A stretch of 27,781 bases of DNA from a virus (IMGVR_UViG_3300025093_000096:1-27781), one strand, 5' to 3'. Shown: positions 1-6,700, numbered from the stretch's first letter. Notes: generated by a model not told the origin, from the sequence alone. Translations and numbers: made by a program.

Positions 1-1329
1 TATGGGTGAAGCGTCTCGCATCTTGGTGTACTTTGGGACGAACTCGATATTGATTTCCCCCACTGGGCCATTCCTCTGTTTGGCAACTATGAGGGACAAG
101 GGGTATGGTTTTCCGTCAGACATGTCAACGTCATTATCCCTATGGAGCATGACAACTACGTCTGCGTCTTGTTCTATTGCTCCTGAGTCTCTGAGGTCTG
201 TTAGGCGTGGTTTACGTTCGCTTATGGTTCCAGCGCGGGATAGTTGAGATAAGCAGACTACGGGTACGTTTAAGTCCTTTGCTAGGGCTTTTAGTTGTGA
301 TGACCAGTATCCTACTTCTAGGGCTCTTGTTTCAAATTTCTTGGAGGATGATATTATCTGGAGGTAGTCGATTACGATTAGGTCTATGCCTACGTCACGC
401 TTAAGTCTTTTAGATTTAGATTTAATATTATGGATAGTGCAGGTTCCGCTATCGTCGACGAAGATTGGGCGTTTACCGATGAGGTCTATACCAGCCTGAA
501 TCTTCTTCATATCATCTTGGGACAGGTTGCCTTTGAGAGCGTCACGGTAGTCGAGGTTCATCTCGGAGCAGATGGATCGCATTTGGAGTTGAGCGGCTGT
601 CATCTCTAGTGAGAAGAACAGGACGTTATGACCACGGGCTGCTGCTGCATCGGAGATGCAGAGACCGAGTGAGGTTTTACCTACGCTTGGCCTAGCGGCG
701 ATGATATTTAGCTCACCCTTGTTGAGTCCTGAGATCATCTGATCGAGGTTGTAAAGACCAGTAGTGATACCCTTGATACCGCCTTTACGGTTGAAGCAAT
801 CAGTGAAGAACTCCACGGTATCCTGCCTGATGTCCTTATAAGCCCGTACAGACGTTTCTGAGTCCCTTACCTTGCACAGACCCTCGGCTCTTTCAAAAAG
901 CTCTTCTAGCACCCCTGTAGGCTCAGCACTGGGGTCTTGTGCTATCCTTGATGACACCTCATCGCATAGCAACTTGGTTTCCCGCTTTATTTTTGCCTCT
1001 TGCAGGATTTCCAGATAGTACGACCAGTTGATCGGGGAGGGAGTGATGTTCTCGCATTCATCCACGAACTGGATGTTCTGGTGGATATTGTTTTCGATGA
1101 ACTTGCGATTGATGGTGACTTTATCTATCAGCCGATCTCTGTCGTATAGGTCAAGTATCACCAGCATGTGATTCTTGCAGATCGGATCGGTGAATAGATT
1201 GAGCGGCCTATCTTCCCTAGCAAGCAGCTTGTCTAAGATTTGGGGGTCTAGAAGAATACAACCGATCAGTCCTCGCTCTGCTGTGTAATCTTCAAGGTGG
1301 TCTAGCTTTTTATTATTTAACCTCTGCAT
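1..1329 (-). CDS. dnaB: Replicative DNA helicase DnaB (3' end runs off the window)
   Basis: Manually translated from ATG at 1329, open for 443 codons: N-terminal AERGLIGCILLDP, GITTGLYNLDQMISGLNKGELNIIAARPSVGKT (Walker A), LFFSLEM, LIVIDYLQ, LKALAKDLNVPVVCLSQLSR, PRLTDLRDSGAIEQDAD, IVAKQRNGPVG. These are the canonical DnaB motifs. Confidence 0.97.
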   Translation of the reverse strand, partial: MQRLNNKKLDHLEDYTAERGLIGCILLDPQILDKLLAREDRPLNLFTDPICKNHMLVILDLYDRDRLIDKVTINRKFIENNIHQNIQFVDECENITPSPINWSYYLEILQEAKIKRETKLLCDEVSSRIAQDPSAEPTGVLEELFERAEGLCKVRDSETSVRAYKDIRQDTVEFFTDCFNRKGGIKGITTGLYNLDQMISGLNKGELNIIAARPSVGKTSLGLCISDAAAARGHNVLFFSLEMTAAQLQMRSICSEMNLDYRDALKGNLSQDDMKKIQAGIDLIGKRPIFVDDSGTCTIHNIKSKSKRLKRDVGIDLIVIDYLQIISSSKKFETRALEVGYWSSQLKALAKDLNVPVVCLSQLSRAGTISERKPRLTDLRDSGAIEQDADVVVMLHRDNDVDMSDGKPYPLSLIVAKQRNGPVGEINIEFVPKYTKMRDASPI

Positions 1330-1335
1330 CCTCGT

Positions 1336-1405
1336 TATTTATATAATACTTCTATAGATGTTAAATTGTGTTATAGATATATATATATATATAGATATAT
1401 ATGTG
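1336..1405. other. AT-rich tract with (AT)n run, candidate DNA unwinding element of the phage origin
   Basis: TATAGATATATATATATATATAGATATATAT at 1372-1402 in a very AT-rich intergenic gap next to the iteron array and upstream of dnaB. Confidence 0.7.
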
Positions 1406-1828
1406 TTAGGAGAATTTGGCCGCAGTTGCGCCCATTCCGCTGATAAAAATGTCCTGAACTGGGTCTTTTGACTCAACAGTTGGGTTTATTGACTCAACAC
1501 TTGAGTCATCTGACTCAGTAACTGAGTCTTTAGACTCAACTTGAATTGGGTCATTTGACTCAACTACTGAGTCATTATACTCACCTATTGCGTCAATTGA
1601 CTCAGTTGTATCTAGACCTGAGTAGGTGGCGACCTTGGAGCGGTTATTGGTCTTGATGACTAGCTGTTTGGATATCAGCGAGGGCAATCTTTTACTAATT
1701 GCTTTGCGAGTCATACCTGTTCTGTAGGACAATCTATTTATAGACATGTCATTTTCACATAACAGGGCTGCGTATATGCGAAAGCTCAGTGGGTCGAGCT
1801 TCGTTCGGTTGAGTTGATCTACTGTCAT
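1406..1828 (-). CDS. Putative replication initiator (HTH N-terminus, iteron-containing 3' half; lambda O / P22 gp18-like arrangement)
   Basis: FRIYAALL...MSINRLSYRTGMTRKAISKRLPSLISKQLVIK looks like a winged HTH; the 3' half translates the iterons (VES repeats); lies directly upstream of dnaB. Confidence 0.7.
   Translation of the reverse strand: MTVDQLNRTKLDPLSFRIYAALLCENDMSINRLSYRTGMTRKAISKRLPSLISKQLVIKTNNRSKVATYSGLDTTESIDAIGEYNDSVVESNDPIQVESKDSVTESDDSSVESINPTVESKDPVQDIFISGMGATAAKFS
1460..1604. repeat. Seven palindromic iterons, consensus TGAGTC-N4-GACTCA, 21-bp period
   Basis: Units start at 1460, 1481, 1502, 1523, 1547, 1568, 1589 (spacings 21,21,21,24,21,21), e.g. TGAGTCATCTGACTCA and TGAGTCTTTAGACTCA. 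Confidence 0.9.
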
Positions 1829-1831
1829 TGT

Positions 1832-1918
1832 AAAAAAAGACCCCCTTGCAGGCCTGAATGCAGAGGTCGGCTACTAGAAAAGCGAGAAACTAGCTAAGCC
1901 ATAGGCCCGTAAGGGGGT
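1832..1918 (-). terminator. Long leader hairpin followed by a U7 tract just upstream of the initiator start codon (terminator/attenuator-like)
   Basis: Arms 1840-1855 (ACCCCCTTGCAGGCCT) and 1903-1918 (AGGCCCGTAAGGGGGT) pair over 16 positions with one mismatch and one G-U; on the minus strand followed by CTTTTTTTACAATG. Confidence 0.6.
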
Positions 1919-1991
1919 GTAAAATACTGTTGTTCTTCTTCTTCCTAGCCGATAGCCTGCGGGTAGCAGGCGAGTAACCTCTGCGGGGGTT

Positions 1992-2019
1992 AGAGTACAC
2001 CCGCACCGCGACTCGGCAA
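1992..2019 (-). promoter_or_regulatory. Possible sigma70-type leftward promoter for the replication genes
   Basis: Minus strand TTGCCG-N16-TACTCT with an A/T tract just upstream (2024-2037). Confidence 0.3.
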
Positions 2020-2036
2020 GTCCTTTTTTAAAAAAA

Positions 2037-2780
2037 ATGCAAAGCAATGAAAAACTCCTGAAAAACATAGCAGAAACAGGAGTTATCAGTTTGCCTCAGA
2101 TGAAGCTTGTATGGGAGGTCATGCAGGAGCAGATGCTCGAAATGATGGTCAACAAGCATGATTCTATTGATCTAGGATTTGCAGAAATTTATCCGATCCC
2201 GTACCGAGCTAACTGGAAGAATGGGCTGTATGATGAGTTCAAATCGCTTGGCCAAGACTTCAAAGGTAAGGGGCATGAGGCGTGCGTGGATATAGCGCAG
2301 GACAAAGGATTCTGGGCTGAGATGAGCAACACCAGACTGCTGGCATTCAAGGACGATCACATCTATTGGACGATAGAGGTGGCTCCTAAAAAGCAGTGGT
2401 GGGCGAGTACCATAAAGGCAGAGAAAGAAAAAAGAAGTAAGCTATCGGCGGCTGATTACTGCAAGTATGTGGCCAAGCTAATTTATAAACTGAAAGGAAA
2501 ACTGTTAGATGTCTATCGTTCGTTTGTATCACAAGCGGCTATCCCGTGCGGGGGCATTCGCAATAGTCGCGTTGCAGGGGGCCACTTCCTTGTGCCGTTC
2601 ATTAGGTCTCGTCAAGTGTCTGCCAAGCATCCTGAGAACAGGGGGCCAGTTGATGTGGTGGTCAATCTTCGGGATGCCTTACACGCAAACGGTGGCCTCG
2701 ACCACACGGCTGGCGAGATACCGAGAGTGTTGGCAGTGTCCGATATTCAACCACAAGAGAAAGACTTGCGGGAGCCGTGA
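2037..2780 (+). CDS. Hypothetical protein with an HU/IHF-like N-terminal domain
   Basis: NEKLLKNIAETGVISLPQMKLVWEVMQEQMLEMMVNKHDSIDLGFAEIYPIPYRA matches the HU helix-helix-strand-GF-strand pattern by eye. Confidence 0.5.
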   Translation: MQSNEKLLKNIAETGVISLPQMKLVWEVMQEQMLEMMVNKHDSIDLGFAEIYPIPYRANWKNGLYDEFKSLGQDFKGKGHEACVDIAQDKGFWAEMSNTRLLAFKDDHIYWTIEVAPKKQWWASTIKAEKEKRSKLSAADYCKYVAKLIYKLKGKLLDVYRSFVSQAAIPCGGIRNSRVAGGHFLVPFIRSRQVSAKHPENRGPVDVVVNLRDALHANGGLDHTAGEIPRVLAVSDIQPQEKDLREP

Positions 2781-2886
2781 TGATCCTGAATTAGGATGTA
2801 TGTGTTATATGCCTCTAAAAACAAAATATAAGGACGCGACATGTTGGGCGCGTGATAATGATTTAGAGTTTGGATGGAATGAGTGA
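2509..2886 (+). CDS. Cys-rich zinc-binding phage protein (start uncertain)
   Basis: C-terminal RYRECWQCP...KTC...GCMCYMPLK...ATCW...GW resembles the phage R..C..C...C...GC.M..K...C...W motif; ATG 2509 has AGGA upstream; overlaps the previous ORF in the +1 frame. Confidence 0.65.
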   Translation: MSIVRLYHKRLSRAGAFAIVALQGATSLCRSLGLVKCLPSILRTGGQLMWWSIFGMPYTQTVASTTRLARYRECWQCPIFNHKRKTCGSRDDPELGCMCYMPLKTKYKDATCWARDNDLEFGWNE

Positions 2887-3520
2887 TACTGGAGTAATGC
2901 CTGATGGTGGGACAGTCGATGTCCCAGCTAGTAACCCCGTAGATGTCCCACCTACCAAGGGATTATTTTCGCATAAAGAAGCCAAGCAAGCTGCGGCTGA
3001 GACAGGATTAGTAGCTTTAAAAAGAAAAAAGTATGGGGAACTAAAGAAGCTAGGAGACTTTATAGAGAAAGAGGGGGTAGTTAAGACCAGTATAGGGTAT
3101 GTATTCCTATCAGCGGAGAAGCTGGAACCTCTTATGCAATTAGCGGCAGATATAGCATACGAGTCAGATGACGAGAATGTTAAGTTAACGGCTATAAGTA
3201 AGGCAGTAGAAGTGTCTAAGCAGTTAACAGAGTCTGCTAAAATCTGTAGCAACATGGTGAATGCCAAGCAGATCAAGCCAGAAGAGGCTAAAAAGAAGGC
3301 AAGCTTTGCTGCTGGCCAAGTATTAACACCGATTCAAATTAATGACCCAAAACAAGTCAACATCACAGGAGGCGAGTCTGACAACGGAGCAGGCGAGGGA
3401 GGCGATAATAGAAACAATCAAGGCGATGCAACACAAGCCGAGCACAGCGTTCCTCGCGGGGATAATGGCGCAGGCGTTAGGCCTGAAGACGGCAATGGCC
3501 AAGAAGGCAATCAAGTGTAA
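2879..3520 (+). CDS. Hypothetical protein (possible terminase small subunit)
   Basis: ATG 2879 overlaps the end of the previous gene; helical charged core and a PIQIN...VNI tail reminiscent of TerS C-termini; function inferred only weakly. Confidence 0.55.
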   Translation: MSDTGVMPDGGTVDVPASNPVDVPPTKGLFSHKEAKQAAAETGLVALKRKKYGELKKLGDFIEKEGVVKTSIGYVFLSAEKLEPLMQLAADIAYESDDENVKLTAISKAVEVSKQLTESAKICSNMVNAKQIKPEEAKKKASFAAGQVLTPIQINDPKQVNITGGESDNGAGEGGDNRNNQGDATQAEHSVPRGDNGAGVRPEDGNGQEGNQV

Positions 3521-3785
3521 AATTGAGAATATACTATTGTTTGACAAGAAACAGAGTGACTATGGTAGTAAAAATATAGCTGCATGGGAAAAGAAAGACC
3601 TGAACATTCTTGGCGTGGGGTTCAGGCTTAATGACAAACTCCAGCGCATGATGAATCTAACTTGGAAGCGCATAGAGAGCAAAGAATCGCCAGAGGTTAT
3701 AGAGGAAAGTATGATAGACACAGCGAAGGACATAGAGAACTACGGGACTATACTGGAGTTACTAGAGTCCGACGAATGGAGTTAA
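3342..3785 (+). CDS. DUF1599 / nucleotide modification-associated domain 1 (Nmad1) protein
   Basis: Signature KKQSDYG..NI...GVGFRLNDKLQRMMNL...EESMIDTAKDIENYG. Confidence 0.8.
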   Translation: MTQNKSTSQEASLTTEQAREAIIETIKAMQHKPSTAFLAGIMAQALGLKTAMAKKAIKCKIENILLFDKKQSDYGSKNIAAWEKKDLNILGVGFRLNDKLQRMMNLTWKRIESKESPEVIEESMIDTAKDIENYGTILELLESDEWS

Positions 3786-3789
3786 TAAA

Positions 3790-3909
3790 ATGCCAGGATA
3801 TGGAAAAGGATATAAGATGGGTTCCGCTAAGAAAAAAGCAGGAACGATGAAGAAGACTTCAAGTAAAAAGAAAAAGCCGACTAAGAAAAAAAATAGTTAT
3901 GGCTATTAA
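3790..3909 (+). CDS. Small Lys-rich protein (39 aa)
   Basis: Manually translated MPGYGKGYKMGSAKKKAGTMKKTSSKKKKPTKKKNSYGY; GGAG upstream; tiles the gap between neighbours. Confidence 0.65.
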   Translation: MPGYGKGYKMGSAKKKAGTMKKTSSKKKKPTKKKNSYGY

Positions 3910-4060
3910 GAAAAAGCTAACAAAGAGACAGGAAGATACTCTTAAGAGGCATTCAGAGCACCATACCAAAAAGCATATGGCTCACATGAAGAAGCTAATG
4001 ATGAAGGGTAAGACCTTTGGTGAGTCTCATAAAATGGCAATGAAGAAAGTTGGAAAATAA
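3899..4060 (+). CDS. Small His/Lys/Met-rich basic phage protein (53 aa)
   Basis: Manually translated MAIKKKLTKRQEDTLKRHSEHHTKKHMAHMKKLMMKGKTFGESHKMAMKKVGK; resembles a small protein type I recall from aquatic phages. Confidence 0.75.
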   Translation: MAIKKKLTKRQEDTLKRHSEHHTKKHMAHMKKLMMKGKTFGESHKMAMKKVGK

Positions 4061-4061
4061 T

Positions 4062-4373
4062 ATGGCAGCAAAGAAAAAAATGACGGCCGCCGAGAAGAGG
4101 GAGTTTGATAGGCGAATGGCCTTAATGAAGAGGGATAACCTACGAAGAGCGGCTAAACCCCGATCCAAAGCTAAGTCTACCTCTAAAAGCCCGTCAGGAA
4201 AGACAGGTTTGATAGTGCGAGGGAACCCAGTAACAAAGGGGAGCGGCAAGCCAAGGGCTAGTCAGAGCCATATCGGCAGGCAGATGGGGCCAAACGTAAA
4301 TGCGCCCCATGAGTCCACCCCGAAAAGAAAATCAGTTAAGAAAAAAGCTGCATCCAAAAGGAGAAAATACTAA
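4062..4373 (+). CDS. Basic low-complexity (Lys/Arg/Ser/Ala-rich) protein
   Basis: ATG 4062 follows the previous stop; MAAKKKMTAAEKRE...KRKSVKKKAASKRRKY; TAATG coupling to the next gene. Confidence 0.7.
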   Translation: MAAKKKMTAAEKREFDRRMALMKRDNLRRAAKPRSKAKSTSKSPSGKTGLIVRGNPVTKGSGKPRASQSHIGRQMGPNVNAPHESTPKRKSVKKKAASKRRKY

Positions 4374-4612
4374 TGACCAAGACCCAAGAAGAAATTGCGA
4401 GGAAGATTAGCAGTCTTCTTGGTGAGCATTTTAGTAGCTCATTGCTGGTATTGGCCAGTGATCAGATGGATGAAGATGACTTTGTATCTGTCAGGTTCTT
4501 TGGGGGCTGCTTATCCGCAGTAGGGATGGCTGATTTTGCTAAAACCTCATTAAACAATATGTTAAATGAGGCAAGTGAGCCGCCTGATATCGAGGAAGAG
4601 ACTATAGTCTGA
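4373..4612 (+). CDS. Hypothetical acidic protein
   Basis: 79-aa ORF coupled by TAATG; ends overlapping the 3' end of terL convergently. Confidence 0.65.
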   Translation: MTKTQEEIARKISSLLGEHFSSSLLVLASDQMDEDDFVSVRFFGGCLSAVGMADFAKTSLNNMLNEASEPPDIEEETIV

Positions 4613-6068
4613 GCAATTTAGCTGCTGGCGAGTGGTCTCCGATCTGAATTTCGTGGAACATTTCGCCTAGAATGCAATAGGTCGTGGCATCCCAAACGTG
4701 CTTATGTTTGTTATTGCGAACATAAGTGCGTTTACTTCTTCCCTTAGTCTTTTTTAACCCGCCCTTTAGGCTCTCTATAAGCCCCTCAGAGCGCACGGAA
4801 CAAGTCAACCTTCCCTCGGTCAGTAATTGCTTTGTAAGCATCACACGGAGCCTTACAGACTCAGCAAACTTAGGGCATGGGCTCAGGACGATCTCCCCAC
4901 CCGTAACTCTGGAGACAATCATGGAGTCCCAAGTACCAGCCGCAGATCGGAATCGGTCAACCGCGCTGGCATCCGACCAGTGAACCCACTGGAATCTTTT
5001 ACCAGCCACCTCCTCCCACTCACGCATCATCTCTTGGAAAGAGATAGTAAAGTCCTCGATGGTGACTTCTCCGTCAATTACCACTAGCTCATCAAGCACG
5101 TTAAAGGCTGGGCCTGATGTGGTAAGAACCTTCTCCATAATAACAGCCGCGTGGTTTTTGTCGCCCAAGTCCCAGCCAGTATAGAGCACATCAGTGTTCT
5201 CGTCTGGTAGCAATACGTCCCAATCTTCAAAGTTACCTTCGTTGTTACCACCTACATGACGGGATGCGAACACGCCAGTAAAGAAACTGTCCTTGGAAGT
5301 CTCTACCCACTTACCATCTACATAAGAGGCATATAAGTCAGGATCATGTGCAAAGGTGGCTTTTAAATCCTCAAACTCCCGTGGGTCTAGGAACGTATTA
5401 TCCGCAACTTTTGTCTCTATCAGTGTTAAATTCTTTTGGTATTCAGGATTCGGGTGGTCATCTCGTTGTGCTTCTTCATACCATATTTTATATGCCCAGA
5501 AATCTTGCCCTTCTTCTTCGCATGGGTTGGTATCAGCTATCCACATATGTGAATCGTAAGGAACCCCCGGCATACGAAGCTGACCCTTCGGAAAACGGAA
5601 CACATAATCCTCTTTAAAGTTGGTTAGCTCGGACACAAATATGCAGGAAAACACTGTCCCTTTAACCTTTTGGGCTATTTCGTCCTCAATCTTAAGAGAA
5701 TGTAGCTGAAATTCAGAGTCCCCCCCGTGCATATTGCTGATCTTAAAATGCTCCATTCGGGTGGCTCCATCCATCTTCATAGGGGTTACTAGCTCACATC
5801 CTTCCAATTGTTCCGTCCATTCGGGCACAATCTTCTGATATAATAAGTCCCACACACCTACCTTGGCGTTTTTCAGGGTGTTAGTGAACACACCTATACG
5901 GGCAGAAGGGGTTTCCCATGCGTGACGCATGAGCCTCTGTAGAACGCCCCATGTTTTGGCTGAGTAACGGGGGCCAGATACAAGTACATATCGGCCATAG
6001 CAGTTAAAGATTTCGTACTGCTTGGGGCTAAGTCGTGGCATCCATACGCCACCATCATCTTCGCTCAT
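4602..6068 (-). CDS. terL: Terminase large subunit
   Basis: LSPKQ adenine-binding motif, VSGPRYSAKT Walker A variant, CIFVSE Walker B variant, DTNP coupling motif, YVDGKW, RNase H-like nuclease TGWDLG and HVWDATTY. Confidence 0.9.
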   Translation of the reverse strand: MSEDDGGVWMPRLSPKQYEIFNCYGRYVLVSGPRYSAKTWGVLQRLMRHAWETPSARIGVFTNTLKNAKVGVWDLLYQKIVPEWTEQLEGCELVTPMKMDGATRMEHFKISNMHGGDSEFQLHSLKIEDEIAQKVKGTVFSCIFVSELTNFKEDYVFRFPKGQLRMPGVPYDSHMWIADTNPCEEEGQDFWAYKIWYEEAQRDDHPNPEYQKNLTLIETKVADNTFLDPREFEDLKATFAHDPDLYASYVDGKWVETSKDSFFTGVFASRHVGGNNEGNFEDWDVLLPDENTDVLYTGWDLGDKNHAAVIMEKVLTTSGPAFNVLDELVVIDGEVTIEDFTISFQEMMREWEEVAGKRFQWVHWSDASAVDRFRSAAGTWDSMIVSRVTGGEIVLSPCPKFAESVRLRVMLTKQLLTEGRLTCSVRSEGLIESLKGGLKKTKGRSKRTYVRNNKHKHVWDATTYCILGEMFHEIQIGDHSPAAKLLRL

Positions 6069-6077
6069 CGCTCCGCG

Positions 6078-6106
6078 ATATTAGTGTCGCGCTAATTGCA
6101 TTCCAA
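6078..6106 (-). promoter_or_regulatory. Candidate sigma70-type promoter for terL within the divergent intergenic region
   Basis: Minus strand TTGGAA-N17-TAATAT ending 9 nt before the terL ATG; the -10 lies inside an imperfect inverted repeat 6074-6091. Confidence 0.4.
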
Positions 6107-6188
6107 GTAATCTATATGCTGGACAAAGAATATTAAACTAGCATAGTCGGTTCAGGGTGTACTGTCAGCAGCAGTACATATTAATTTA

Positions 6189-6416
6189 ATGATCACGGTA
6201 TCAATAGATTTAACGAAAGAGGGCTATGAGGAATTGGCTGAGCTAATGTCTTCATACGCCGTCAATGACTCCGTAGTTTTGGATAATGTTGCAGGTAGCA
6301 TTTCTTCTATCAGTCCAGAAGGGGTAGAGATCAAGGTCGATACTCTGGATATAGAGGATTACATGTATGAGGTTCCAGATGAGGACGAGACGGAGGAGCC
6401 TGAAGCGTTAGCTTAA
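6189..6416 (+). CDS. Hypothetical acidic protein, first gene of the head operon
   Basis: 75-aa ORF, TAATG-coupled to the next gene. Confidence 0.7.
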   Translation: MITVSIDLTKEGYEELAELMSSYAVNDSVVLDNVAGSISSISPEGVEIKVDTLDIEDYMYEVPDEDETEEPEALA

Positions 6417-6700
6417 TGCGGGAAGCGATAGAGGATAACCTCAAGGTCTTGGTGACTCAGGATAAGCAAGGAAGATATTCCTTCTCTATCCACATAAAGA
6501 GGATGAAACCTGAGTTCGACCTAGAGAAAGGAACCGTTGTGTTTGGCCAATACAAGGGTGCAACAGGGAAGATCGAGGAAGGTGTTCCTGTTAAAATGTT
6601 TTTAAAGCTTTACGGCCAAAGCTCTCTAAAGGAGCGTTATAACAGGTTAAAAAAAGCAGTCGACGAGGCTGAGAAAAAAGGAAAGCCAGTACTAATATGA
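6416..6700 (+). CDS. Hypothetical protein
   Basis: 94-aa ORF, coupled at both ends (TAATG, ATGA). Confidence 0.7.
   Translation: MREAIEDNLKVLVTQDKQGRYSFSIHIKRMKPEFDLEKGTVVFGQYKGATGKIEEGVPVKMFLKLYGQSSLKERYNRLKKAVDEAEKKGKPVLI

Noticed and set aside
2-404. Plus-strand ORFs 2..247 and 207..404
   Set aside because: Antisense shadows of the minus-strand dnaB gene.
1460-1604. Palindromic repeats as a CRISPR array
   Set aside because: Gaps between units are only 5-8 nt, units are degenerate and in frame within a gene, and no cas genes are present; iterons fit better.
1921-2036. tRNA or known ribozyme in the multi-hairpin region
   Set aside because: No T-loop GTTCRA, proper acceptor stem or hammerhead/twister core could be identified by eye.
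1874-2068. 64-aa minus-strand ORF
   Set aside because: Runs across the structured regulatory region and the start of the 2037 gene; no recognisable features.
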